DNA of 64,000 nt from Eutreptiella sp. 'Long Island Sound 2002' (lineage: Eukaryota > Protista > Euglenida): NCBI GenBank assembly GCA_964036045.1, contig OZ038378.1, forward strand, positions 184,388,001 to 184,452,000, read 5' to 3'. The stretch's first letter is position 1; every line of letters starts with the position of its first letter. Positions 1-11,560 of this stretch are shown here, piece by piece. The position numbers and the translations under genes were made by a program. The notes under the pieces are model-generated. The model ran no database searches. It was not told the origin of the DNA and saw only the letters and a program-made list of their open reading frames with translations.

Positions 1-96
1 GGAAAATGGTTATGGGCATGGGTGAAGCAATGCTCAACCTGGAAGGTGGAGAGGAGGGCCTACAAGTTCTCACCATTGTGCTCACGCGTGTAAGGG

Positions 97-1295
97 ATGG
101 TGGGGACTTGGACGAGGAGGACAATGGCTACCACAGTAGCAGCGAGGACGAGGGTGTCGTCGCAGCGGAGATGGCGGAGAGGGGGGTGGGGAGCAGGCCT
201 GGTGGTGGTGGCAGACTCCATTTGGAACACACTCGTGCCGAAGGACCTCCTTGAGGTGTACAGGCATGCCATGCGAGAGAGGAGGTCCACAGAGAAAGGC
301 AAAAGGGCCCCGGGTCGGCGGGGGCCTGTTGACAGCATGCTTGAGTCCCTGAGAGTGACCACCGGAGGTCTGCACAAGAGTTTGCTCCCCCCACTGCACG
401 CATGTTTTTGACTTACAAGAACGCTCTGAAGTGCAGGGCTATTTTGGATGCCCGCGACGTCAATGACAGCGACCCACAGAGACCCCCGAAATTTCGTCTT
501 CCAGCGCCGGAGGAAATCAGAAGGTGGATGGGTGATGCAAAGAGAAAGAAAATCCTGGGAGGGGGGGGTAATTCGGGAGGGGGGGGGGGGTATTCCTGGC
601 TAAGCTTGACTTACAGAATGCCTATTGGAGCATTCACCCCCCCCCCCGGTGGAGGAGGGTCTTTTTGGTGGAGGGGGGTTCGGGCAGGAGGTACCCCGTT
701 TGGGTGGAGTTACAGCCCGGCGATATGCCACCCCCTTGTGATGGCTGTGATTTGGCGAGTGCTCGCCCGCAGGGGGATCCGGGGGTGGGTATACCTGGAT
801 GCTATCCTGCTGTATGCCAAGCGTAGAGTGGGGTTGCGACGAGCTGTGAAGGAATGCATCACCCGCCTCTGGAGGGCAGGTTTCATCGTGGGGGAGAAGA
901 GTGAGACAGCCCCCACGGAGAGAATCAGTTTTATCGGCAAGTCCCTCGACACCCGCGCCGGTACTATAGGCAATGCTGTGGGCGCTCTGGTGGGCGCTTT
1001 TTGTGCCTGGGTAAGGGGGGTGGGTCGGGGGAAGCTGCCTAAGGCCGCTATGGAGCGCCTCCTGGGAAAGCTCTGCTGGCTGGGCCGGCCCAATGCGGGT
1101 CTGGGGGCCTTTCTGGCAGGCGCTGATGCGACCCTGCAGCAGGGAATGGGCAGGTTTGGAAGGGGGGTGGCCAAGGGCATAGCGACAGTGCTCCTGTTCT
1201 CCTGCATCCCGCAAGCAGCTGACCCCCTGGGTGACAACGATGGTGAGACCTGGGAGATGTTCACTGATGCTGCGCCTGAGGACTCAGGATACTGA
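97..1295 (+). mobile_element. Degenerate DIRS-order (tyrosine-recombinase retrotransposon-type) RT plus start of RNase H; frameshifted near 400, truncated at about 1295
   Basis: RT motifs FLTYKNALKCRAILDARDVN, TPFGWSYSPAIC, WVYLDAIL (YLDD changed to YLDA) and GFIVGEKSETAPTERISFIGKSLD. These are followed by WEMFTDAA, the DIRS-type RNase H start. No recombinase ORF is in the window. Confidence 0.7.
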
Positions 1296-1344
1296 GTACT
1301 GTCCGTGGAATGTGAACCCTTCCTCTTTCTTGCAGTGCTCAGGG

Positions 1345-1475
1345 GGCAGGGCTGGGGCAGGCAGAACAACACCTGCAGGAGCACCGGCCGCAGCGGCCGA
1401 CAGAATGCAGCGACCCGACGCAACATGCGAAGTGAAGAACGGGTGACTGTCCAGGGCCCCATAAAGAAACAACGG
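1345..1475. repeat. Fragment of an interspersed repeat; longer copy at about 35030-35400
   Basis: Shared text AACAACACC.GCAGGAGCACC.GCCGCAGCGGCC...ACCCGACGCAACAT...GAAGAACGGGTGACTGTCCAGGGCCCC at both loci. Confidence 0.85.
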
Positions 1476-1651
1476 GATGGATTGCCTTGGCGCTCGTGGA
1501 CGCGGTCATGAGTGACCACACCCACGGAACTAACGTATGTGCAAGACTTAAGGACGTGAGGATGTCACATGGGGTCATCAGAACCATCCTTCGGCTTTCG
1601 GAGAGCATGACCAACCCTTTGCTGTAGCTCTCTGCTGCCTCCACGATTTCA

Positions 1652-3919
1652 ATGGCCATAGACCCATTTTTTGCCACTCATGGTGCGATGCAACACGATG
1701 CATCAAACATCATTTTGAATGGTGTCGAAGGCAACGGCGCTGGTGGTCGCTCGACCTCTCCGAACACCCGGAGCAAATTTAGCAACGGAGCCGTTCGGAA
1801 CGCCAGCAACAGCCGGGGGCAGCCCAAGCCCTCAGGCCGGTGTGCTGCCCAGCGCTTCGCGGCACAGCACCAGCGGGACCATCGCTACCCCAGCGCACCC
1901 CCGGGGGCCCTCCCAGCAATCCCAACCATCGACGAGGTGCGCAGCCAACGCACCACGAAACCGGCAGGCGTCGGTCATGCCCCACAGCCTGAGCCCCTGA
2001 GGAGCTGCCGTGGGGACCACATGGCAGCACGTCCCCTTGGGGCCGACGGCCTCTGCCAGGCCCCGCGGCATTCCCCCTGCAAGAGCCCCCGCACGGCCTC
2101 TTCGAAGCCGCACAATCCGAGCGAGGCCTACTCCAAAAGGGAACACGGAGGGGAACGGTCGCGGTACGGCGTGCGAGGGGCCTCACAGGACGCCCCCTGC
2201 GCAGACCCCCGGGACCCGGTGGCATCCCACTGCCAAGCAACTCCGGAGGCTGCGTCTGCTGCCCGGCAGCGCGCGAGTGCGAGTCCTCGTACCGGCGAAC
2301 CCCCGCGCGCTGTGGCGTCTTTGTCGGTGCGGGACCTGCGGGGGCTGCTGGACGCGCAGGGGGTCGAGTACGGGGATTGCCTCGAAAAGGCAGACTTGGT
2401 CGACAGGCTGCGGCAGGTCTCCGACCCTTCCACTGGGGAACGTCGGCGGGGGACTGTGGAGCCTGCAGCGCATGCGACGGGGGGGCCTGAGGTGGCGGGG
2501 CCCGCGGCAGCCCGTGCGGTTGGGGAGCGCACCGTCGTGTCTGCACTGCACCACATCTTCGCGGTCATGGGCATGGAGGCGACCACCCATCAGGAGCAGG
2601 AGCCGCGAACGACGTCGTTGGTGTGGAGCATCGCGGGGGAGGGCGCCGACTCCCCCAAACGGGGCTCCGATCGGCGCGCCGCGGCGGCCGACAGTCCGAG
2701 CCCCCGTGGGACGGAGGACGCGGAGTCGGTGCGGGTGCTCTCCGTCAGCAGCAACGAGGCCTGCGACGAGGCGGCCCCCGACGACGACGCCCCGTGCCAG
2801 AGCCCTGCGGCCCCGAGTGGCCACGGAGGCGCGGAGGTCGAGCGGCGGCTCGATGACGAGGAGCTGCACACGTGGGTGTTCCGCGACATCACAGAGGACG
2901 CGTGCGGCGACCGCAGGGTCACCCGAAGTGAGACCATCACAGTGCACCGCAAAGTGTTCCGCGTGGACGCGGATCATCTGGACCCGGAGCACCGCGAGGC
3001 AGACGCACCGGATGAGGGGCCTCATCCCCCGCAAGTTCCGGGCATTTTCGCCCGTGCCCCGCGCGCGGAGCGCGACGAAGGCGTGTCATTGGCGGACTCC
3101 TCGCCTCCCCAAAGCCCCGGGTCTGACAGCCACGCGCGGACCGCGGACCCCGAGGGCCCCGAGGCGCTCTGGGAGTGTGGGGGCGCCGAGGCCCCGGCCA
3201 CGGAAGTCTACGCGCAGGGCTGGTTTGATGGGCACGTGGAGGGGCGCGTCGAGGGCTTTCTGGACGGCCGCATCGACGCCCACTTCGCGGGCGTCATCCA
3301 CACCGAAGGCAACCCGCAGCTGCGGCACTGCGAGGGGCAGCTCGACGGGCTGCTCCAGGGCGACATCAGCGCGAGGGTCGTGGGCCACATCGATGGGTAC
3401 TTCCAGGGGTTCCTGTTGGGGGACATGTGGGCCGACGACGGCGCGGAAACGCCGGGCAGCAGCGCGCACGCGCACGCCCACCGGGCCCTCGGCGACCATC
3501 CGCCGCGCGGCAGTCGGACGAGAAGAGGGCCGCACCAGAGCCTCGGGGACGACAAGCAGTGGCAGAAGCGTGGCTCTGATTGGGTCTGGCTGCTTCCAGA
3601 CGGGGATGGCAGCGACGCCCCCGTGGCGAGGCGCAAGAGGAAGGGCAAACGCGGGCAGAGGCCCCTGCACGAAAGGACATGGAACGCAGACACCTCGTGC
3701 CACGGCACGTTCTCGGAGTACGTTGCCGAGGCACAGGCTCGGCCCAGTGCCGCTCCGGGGCGCCGCTGCGCCACCCACCCTCCGAGCGGGGGCACGGCTC
3801 CCAAACGAGCAGCCGGGCCCACCAGGCGTCGCGCCCCGGCAGCCAAGGGGCTGGGGAGGGACGCCGCAGAGGACCTGCAGGGCACGTATGATGCGTATGA
3901 CGCTGGCCCCCTCCGGTGA
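1652..3919 (+). CDS. 755-aa mostly low-complexity protein with a HeH/SAP-like motif (about 2318-2416) and a glycine-periodic tetrapeptide block (about 3200-3425); exact start uncertain
   Basis: Long GC-rich uninterrupted ORF. SLSVRDLRGLLDAQGVEYGDCLEKADLVDRLRQ matches the L.V..L...L...GV....CLEK.DLV pattern of RNF34/RFFL-type HeH domains. Confidence 0.75.
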   Translation: MAIDPFFATHGAMQHDASNIILNGVEGNGAGGRSTSPNTRSKFSNGAVRNASNSRGQPKPSGRCAAQRFAAQHQRDHRYPSAPPGALPAIPTIDEVRSQRTTKPAGVGHAPQPEPLRSCRGDHMAARPLGADGLCQAPRHSPCKSPRTASSKPHNPSEAYSKREHGGERSRYGVRGASQDAPCADPRDPVASHCQATPEAASAARQRASASPRTGEPPRAVASLSVRDLRGLLDAQGVEYGDCLEKADLVDRLRQVSDPSTGERRRGTVEPAAHATGGPEVAGPAAARAVGERTVVSALHHIFAVMGMEATTHQEQEPRTTSLVWSIAGEGADSPKRGSDRRAAAADSPSPRGTEDAESVRVLSVSSNEACDEAAPDDDAPCQSPAAPSGHGGAEVERRLDDEELHTWVFRDITEDACGDRRVTRSETITVHRKVFRVDADHLDPEHREADAPDEGPHPPQVPGIFARAPRAERDEGVSLADSSPPQSPGSDSHARTADPEGPEALWECGGAEAPATEVYAQGWFDGHVEGRVEGFLDGRIDAHFAGVIHTEGNPQLRHCEGQLDGLLQGDISARVVGHIDGYFQGFLLGDMWADDGAETPGSSAHAHAHRALGDHPPRGSRTRRGPHQSLGDDKQWQKRGSDWVWLLPDGDGSDAPVARRKRKGKRGQRPLHERTWNADTSCHGTFSEYVAEAQARPSAAPGRRCATHPPSGGTAPKRAAGPTRRRAPAAKGLGRDAAEDLQGTYDAYDAGPLR

Positions 3920-5662
3920 CGGAGGATGGGAGGCCGGCGGTTGCTGGGTCGAGGGACCGTGCCCCACCCGGGAACAGGTCAGGGCTTTCACCCAATGCCT
4001 TCCCCTTGCGGGTCGTGCGTGTGGCTGCACTGTCTTAGAGCTGGGGCACACACATTGGGTTGGCAGGGCTGTCGTTTGGAATGACCCTCTTTTTTTCTCT
4101 GCTCGAGACCGCCTGAAGCCTTGCGAGGCCCAAACATTCCATATTGGCTCTGCCACCAGAGTCCCTTTTCAAAAGCCGCCTCCTCTGCAGCGGGCTCGAG
4201 TGACCCCTCTGCTGCCCTCACCACCCCCGTCCATGCCCCCTTTGTGGGACTCAGGTACCCGTCGACCTTCGACCTCGTTCTGTCGGCCCTATCACGCACG
4301 GGTGGCGATTGGGTGTAGGGCCAGAGCTGGACAACTCCCCCCACCACCACCGCTGCCCACACACCCTCCAGACCGTGCCTATCGTTCTCGAGGTAATTCA
4401 GGTTGCAAAGCCTCTCCTGTGTGTTCGTATGTGTGTGTGTTTGTGTGTTTGTGTATGTGGGTGACCCATGCCGATACGTCCATGCATCACCACAATTTTG
4501 CTCTATTTCGTTGTGCAAGGACCTACAGTATTGGAGGGAGTATCAGACACGGTGTGCGTACGGTGCGTATACTTGGGTTGTTCCGTAGACCGTTTCAACC
4601 AATTTAGAGGCTACTGCGTCCAGTCGGGAGCCCAAAAACGTTCACGATGTGCATGTGCGCCTGTTTTTGCTTGTGCCATGTCCATTGTGATGTTCCCTTG
4701 TTTGCAGGCCTGTTGGTTGCAGAATCCTGTCCCTTTGTCTCCATAGAGCAATGTCTCTCTCATGGCTTCCCAAAGGGATGTCTGTCATGCACACCCACTC
4801 GGCCATGCGTCAGCCATCCAGAGCCCACTCGGAAACAACAGCAAGGGACCTGATACCAGATTTCCCTTTATTTCGAAGGAGTAGTACCAACCCCCCCCTC
4901 TCCCAATTTTGGCCCTTCCCCCCCAAAACCCCAAATTATTCCTCACCGGTAGACCATTTCCTAAGGAAGTTGTTCAAAATACATGACGCGGTGCGCGAAC
5001 CCCCGCTTGTTGCTTACCTCGAACTGCTGCTTGCCTTTACTGCTGCTGGCCCGTACACTTGCTGTCTGTTTTTTTCTCATAGATATAGACCACTATCATT
5101 GCCACTATTACCATCACACCTGGAGGCTATGTCTCATCCAATGCATCAATGTCTGCGCAACCCCCCCCCCCCCCGCCCCCGTCAACTTTTAGAAACTGCG
5201 ACTGTTTGAATACTTCCAAAACCTTTTTTTCTATGGCCAAATGTCATGGCATCGGTCGTTAGCCAGGGCACCCCTTTTTAATAGACGTTGGGAATAGAGC
5301 GGCAGGGCAGGCTGTTGGTTTGAAACCCAACACGTTTACTCTGAAACAGCCGCTTGTCCAAACCACTCGGAGCACTGTTTCCGCGGCTTTTTGGAACCAT
5401 GACGTTGGCAGTTCCTATTTTTGGTTATTGTGGATATCAGAGCGATTGGTGTCGTTTTGCATGATTAACATCTGGGCCTCAGTCCTAGGTGCAGCACTTG
5501 CCACCCTTTGAAATACTTCCCCATTTATGGGGCATTTGCTCCAATTTCCTGATCCGCAAGTGATTCAACATGCTTCTGGTGAACCTGTTCCTGCCAAAGA
5601 ACAAAGGGCCAATGGACTACACCCCCCACGAAGTGGTTTGTGCACTTCTAGCCTTTCACCCA

Positions 5663-6710
5663 CGTCCTACTAAATTTGTACAGACACGTCATGGATGTCT
5701 ATCCAAATTTGGAGGGACACTTCATGGATGTTCATCCAAATTTGAACGGACATGTCAAGGATGTCAGTCCAAATTTGCATGGACCAGGGCGCTCCTTAAG
5801 GGACCGGTTTTTTTTTTTGCTGAGGACCGCCCTTAAGGACCGCCCCAAGGGACCACCAACCGCCAACCGCCAACTCCCATCAACCGCCAACCGCCACCAA
5901 CTGCCAACCACCAACCGCCACCAACCGCCAGCCACCAACCGCTGCCAACCGCCAGCGGCGACCAACCGCCAACTGCCAACCACTGCCAACCGCCACCAAC
6001 CACCAATCACCAACCACCAACCGCCGCCAACCACCACCAACCGCCACCAACCGCCAGTTGCCGACCGCCAACCGCCAACCGCCAACCGCCAACCGCAACC
6101 AACCATGGTTGAGCACATGGAGTGCCCGCGGGCTTTTTTGGGAAAACTGGTTCTGGAACACTTTTTTTTTTCCCGTTAAGGACCGCCCTGGCATGGACAT
6201 CCCTGCAGTGTTTGTCGGACAGATCAGGGACGTCCTTCCAAACTCGCAAATTTGGATGGACACCTCAGAAATGTCCGTCCAAAGTTGGATGGACGTGTGA
6301 TGGATGTCCATCCAAGTTTGGACCGACACGTCACAGATGTCTGTCGAAATTAGGTTGGATACGTCAAGAATATTGGTGGACCTTCATGTAGACACGTCAG
6401 GTGTGTTATGGATGTCCGTCCAAATTTGGACGGACACATCAGGGGTGTCAATTCATATGGACACCTCAAGGATGTCCGTCCCAATTACGACGGACACTTT
6501 TGGGATGTGTGTCCAAATTTGGATGGACAGGGTATGGATGTAGGGATGCATGCATGAAGTGTCCCTCCAAATTTGGATGAACACATCATTGATGTTCTGC
6601 AAATTTGGATGGATAAATTTGAACCAGCATGCCATGTCTGTCCAAATTTGGATGGGCGCATCAGGGATCTGTTGCTGAATTCGGTTGGACACGTACGCCA
6701 CGGATGTCCC
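5663..6710. repeat. Degenerate 33-bp minisatellite with a palindromic core (TCCAAATTTGGA), split by a hAT MITE
   Basis: Units such as GTCTATCCAAATTTGGAGGGACACTTCATGGAT (33 nt). A perfect 24-bp palindrome lies at 6413-6436. Confidence 0.85.
5785..6190. mobile_element. hAT-type MITE (406 bp) carrying a CCAACCG-type microsatellite
   Basis: TIRs CAGGGCGCTCCTTAAGGG and reverse-complemented CAGGGCGGTCCTTAACGGG. Perfect 8-bp TSD GCATGGAC at 5777-5784 and 6191-6198. Confidence 0.9.
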
Positions 6711-7854
6711 ACACTCCACTGTGCACTCTGCACGCCAGGGGCGTTTGGGGGGCGGGGCGGGCAAAAGTGTAGATATGGGGCCCGCTTGCCCCCATTTTTC
6801 CTTGTTCTTCGGCTTGTATGCTTGGAATCATTACTCTGTGCGCGCTTGAGTCAAAGCACTCTGTGCCTCACCCCCCCCCCCTTTGTTGCACTTGCTTTGT
6901 AGGTATTGAGACGGGTGAGGGTTGCCAAAGGTCATCACACTCAAGCCTGCTGTCGAGACTGGTTTGGACACACTCCCATCACGCCCCATCCCCCGGTTTG
7001 CACTAGCACGGCCTTGTCTAAACACGGTGACCCCGATTGACCGTTGATATTCTGACCACAGGTTTTGGGGGTCAAGGGCGCAAAAAGACATGTTTGTGGG
7101 CCGGTTGCGGTGGGACAGATCTGCTGAGTCATACTTGTGAAGAGTTTTACAACATTTGTGCTGGAGACGGCGGTTCGCTTCAATTCTATTTAGATGTCAT
7201 ATTTTCAGCCATTGTCGCTGTAACCCCTCACTCACTCTGCACCATTTGAGCCCGCCATGGACCTCTGTACCATAGGCCATGTACATAATTATGCTTTATC
7301 ACCAAGCTGAAAAAACCAGTGATGTTATATATCTGCTTTTTCATTGCGGTAATCATTTCGGTTGTATTACTGTATTTAGGCTGCAGGGTGGAGCTCCCCC
7401 CCTTTTTGCAGCACTGGCCGCAAGCAGTAAGAACGACAGCAGGAAGCATGCCCCGCATTAGAAAGCACAAAATCAGAACTCGGTCCCTCGTGGTTTCTAC
7501 CCAAATTTTGATGGAATATGAGTCCCAGAAAGTTTGTGCACAGAACTCATGATGGCAGTGGGTTCCAAACACCTTTCAAAGTGGCCAAACTTTCCTTTTT
7601 TTTCCATTTTGGGTAGGCACGCCCTATGCCATGGGTCCCATGCATTGAAATCAGCCTGAGCAGAAACACATTTTGCCTTTTGCTGCCTGTTTGACCCTTT
7701 AAGCAGCCTTAGCGACCGTGTTTTGGCCCCAAACTGGCCCCAAAATGACCGCCGTATTGGAGGACGTGATGTGCTCCTCCCACTGGTCTTTCGGTGTGGT
7801 ACCCTAACCCCCTACGCCCCTTTCAAGCACAGCACCCTTGTCCAAGCATCACGA

Positions 7855-7940
7855 GGTGGAATTTGGCGGTTTCAACCCTGGTTGTCCGTGAGGATCAAGT
7901 TTTTTTCCTGTGATTTGGACTGGGGATGGTATTTTAGGGG
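7855..7940. repeat. Interspersed repeat fragment; inverted homologue at about 27010-27100
   Basis: GGAATTT.GCGG...CTGGTTGTC...TTTTCCTGTGATTTGG..CTGGGGATGGTAT is present on + here and on - at about 27010-27100. Confidence 0.6.
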
Positions 7941-9308
7941 AAGTGATTGCTGTCCTGCCACCTAGCTTCATTTCTTCTGTCCTTTGGCGCTGGAGGTTGA
8001 AGAAGCGCCCAACGCCGAGTGTGCATTCACAACCGCTGGTCACTGCTTGTGTCTTCTCACAGTCCGCAAACAACGCCCTTGCGCAAACCAACAGGAGGTG
8101 CTGTTTCCACACCTTTCAGTGTTTGTACCGCTGTTTGCGCAAGGGGTGTGGGCGGGGTGAGGGTAGTAGGCACTTGCTGCTAAGGCGGTGGACGATGTCT
8201 ATCAACAACAGCTGCTTCAGTGCATTCGGTTGGGTTGGCGAGACTGGTTCGACTCTTCGTTGACGAGTCCGAATAATTGCCATTCAACCAAACGAAACAT
8301 GCTCCTCTTCGGTGCCACGTCACCTATTGTTTCGGAGCGCTGGAATCCAAACGCAATCGAAACAGTACATGAGCAATCAATGCGGGGCACCAGAGATTCA
8401 AAAAAGGGTCACAAATCATTTTTCCTAAAAGTGATGAGGCCGCCTCCCTTAACCGGCGTTTGACAGCCGTGACAACCCACATTTGAGCTGTGCGCAGCCC
8501 TGTAAAGTCTGGGCGTTCCCTGAAATACCGGAGCACTCCCAATGGCACACGGGTACATCCACTTGGGTACAGCCTATTTCAAAAACTATCTTGTCCAAAG
8601 GTGCTCGGGGACCACCTACAATGGCGCTTTAAGCTGTGACCTCCCTCCTTTGACCGTGCGTGTACAGCCCCCGGATTTATCCATTCCTGGGCCCCTCTGC
8701 CAGGTGCTCCACGCAGCGTCACACCTTGTAGACTCCGTTGAGAGCTCATCGCACATCTCTGGCGGTGTCTTCTGAGAGCCCTAGCCAATCACATCTCCAT
8801 CTGTTGCGCCTATTTAGAGCCCGATCAAATTGTATCTCCCTGAGTGGAGCCCCTGCCGAATTCCTTGCACATTCTACCCCAGCTTGGTCCCAATGCTCAG
8901 TCCTAATTGTGTGTTCCGTGTCCCCAGTTTGCCGCCTGGACACACCGGCCGAATGCACCAAGGGCCCGCGCCTTTTAGAGTCAACCTGACGATTTTATGC
9001 ACAACGAAATTTCAGCTCTCGATTTCTGCTTTGTTTTACGGTGCCCTGTCTGCGCGTGATGGTCCAAATGTGTGATGTGTAATGAGCCGGGCATAGTGCA
9101 ACCTTTAAGAACACAGGGTTCCATGTTGTCTCACAGGTTATCTACAGGTCATGGGGTACATTGGCAGCTGGGGATCAACTGATGTGGTGGACAGCTGACC
9201 TGCGGAGGTGGGGTGTCGCTGAACATCAGCATATTTGCTGCAAAAAGGACTTTCTGGTTAGATTTACCTATGAAACCTCGTTGTATTGGTGTGTGTACAT
9301 GTCAACTG

Positions 9309-10311
9309 GTGTGTTTGTGTGTGTGTGTGTGTGTGCGCGCACACGCACCCGCGCGTGTGTGTCTGTGCACATGTATGTTTGCGTGTGTACCTGTGTGTAT
9401 GTGTACGTGCCAGTTCTCCGATTTGACAATAGGCATGGCAGAAATGTCACCATTTCTGTGAGGTGCGTGGCAGAATATTGAGCTGTTATTGGTAGGTGAA
9501 TTGGTAGGTGAATATTGGGCAAATGAGCCCATCAGGCAGCAATACCAATGTGTTGTGCAGCACTATGATCCTGCATCGAACAACGCTGACATTGGTTACA
9601 GTAATCAGCAATGATGTCACACGACAACAATTCTGCAGCTGTGCATTTGGTGCGCCCACATGTACATGTCCATGGGGGCGTACCGTGCGCTGTGCGAAAA
9701 GTTGGCTGTTCTCCACCACCGGGAGTTCGGTAAGTTCACAAGATTGAAAGGACGTCATTGAATGGCTGCTGCAGTGGACGGGGCTATAGGGGGCAGAATT
9801 TAGGTCCCTGGGACCCATGGTAAGCATCAGATGTTTGAATTTTTGAGTTTTGAATTGATTGTGCATGATTCCGCAGGTGGGTGGTTTTCAGGGTTGTTAC
9901 CTGGATAATCACCGTAATAATTGGCGCTGTGCGCGCGCTGTACCCGCGCTGTGCGAAAACGCCCCCCATGTATCGTCTGTGTGTGTATGCGTGTGTGTGT
10001 GTGTGTGTGTGCGTGTATGTGTGTGTGTGTGTGTGTTTGTGCTGTGCTTTCGCAAATTGTGTGTGTGTGTGTGTGTGTGTGCAGATGAGGCTGGCCTGCT
10101 GTTTTGGCAGTGCAGTGCCTCACCTGCTTCTCAGGCTAGTCCCAGTCCAAGGCTACTGCTGCGTGCCCGCTTCCTGCAGAAAGGCGCCTATTGGCGTTGA
10201 ACATGCTTTGTCTTGTTTGACTGTCCAACTGACGAGAATTGAGCACCCAGCGCTTTTGTAAGTACCTGTTTGTCGCGTCTTACGTGTGTGTGTGTGTGTG
10301 TGTGTGTGTGC
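9309..10311. repeat. Cluster of (TG)n microsatellites (about 9309-9405, 9978-10081, 10283-10311)
   Basis: Direct reading of the TG dinucleotide runs. Confidence 0.9.
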
Positions 10312-11319
10312 ACGCACGTGCAGATCCAGCGTGGCGCCGATGAATTTGAGCTCCAAGTGCGCCCCAGACCCCCCATCCCCCCCCCCTTTGTCCACCTTTG
10401 TGGGGTTGGTGGAAATGAGTACGGACAGTGAGGGAGAGGTACGGGACAGTGGTGGATCGTCCGAGGGGTCAATGGACAGCAAGTCATCGGTGTCATTCGA
10501 TGAGCAGGTGATAGACTCGCTATTCAGCATATATCTCAGTGCGTTGCAAAATGTTAAAGGGGTGGGAGACGGAGAGTTCGGCATCAGGGGATTCAGAGTT
10601 TAGCGCAGATATGAGCCATACACGCAGGACTAAGGCCAGCAGGTGGGAGCAGAGGGGTAATCAAGAGTAATTCCACACAGCCTAGCCGCCTGTGCTGGAC
10701 ATGCTGGACAATGCAATGAACAATCTGTGCTGGCGCCTCTGGCGCCGTATTCATGGAACATCTGTGACAGAGCCTCACGGCGCCGTATTCATGACGATGT
10801 ACTGCAAGTTTCCCAGAATGATTCCGGAGGGTGACGACCATCGCCGTTCTATGGCCATCCCCTGCCCAGGGGCGGGGCGGGGGGGGGTTTGGTTTGGTTT
10901 GGGTCAAGGCCTGTGCCGGACGCCCTGGCCCATGGTCAGCACTCGCCTTTGTGCCGACTCGACTGGGCTAGGCGAATCGCGGTTGTCCGGTCCCAAGGCC
11001 TGCCGGACTGTTGACCGCCCCCGTACCCCGTGGTGGCACACACGGGAGGGAGATGCCGCCGTGCCTGTGTGTGTGGCGCGCGCGGGGCAGGAGGGCGGGG
11101 CGTGCATGCTGGTGGCGCTCGCAGGGCATGACGGGTCACACGGCTGCGCCGCGCCTGGCCCTGCCCGCTGGCGCCGGTGCCGCTCCAGTGTTTCTGGTTT
11201 CTCCCGCTGCGGCTTGGTCCGTCCGTGTCGCCGCTTGTAGTGGCGTCCCGGCTGTTCGTGTGGTCGTCGGGTGTGAACCAGGGTCCGCCACCACCGGGCC
11301 CTGGCTGCTTGTGGTGGAG

Positions 11320-11560
11320 GCGTGTGGGGGGGGGGGGGGGCGTGTGGGGGGTTGTGTGATGCCTGGTGCTCCAGGCCCCGGCAGGGAGGCCATGGGAGCC
11401 TGACGCTGAGCCCGCCGGGGGAGTGTTCGGACTGGACACGCCGCCTCCCGGTCATTGACATGCTGCCAGCGGCCCCACGACTGCATGAGGCACGGGGGCG
11501 CGCTCCCTGGGCGCTCGACTGGGGGGGTCCACACCTCCTGACTGCTCTAGGCACTGGTGG
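11320..11560. repeat. Diverged interspersed repeat; homologue at about 47560-47800
   Basis: Shared GCCTGGTGCTCCAGGCCC...GGCCATGGGAGCC.GACG.TGAGCCC.CCGGGGAG...CCCACGACTGC...CGACTGGGGGGG. Confidence 0.7.

Noticed and set aside
2010-4607. 865-aa overlapping ORF (and antisense ORFs over 1652-3919, 13992-15515 and 52061-54274)
   Set aside because: They are shadow frames of GC-rich genes, Arg/Pro/Gly-rich with no motifs.
5676-6329. ORFs with TANRQ/WRLAVG repeats
   Set aside because: These are translations of the CCAACCG microsatellite inside a MITE.
5663-6710. CRISPR array
   Set aside because: The linkers are homologous and about 10 nt long, the repeats are degenerate, there are no cas genes and the context is eukaryotic. 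It is a tandem minisatellite.
10390-10603. Acidic Ser-rich ORF resembling the tail after the RNase H at 22850-23084
   Set aside because: The similarity is compositional only.
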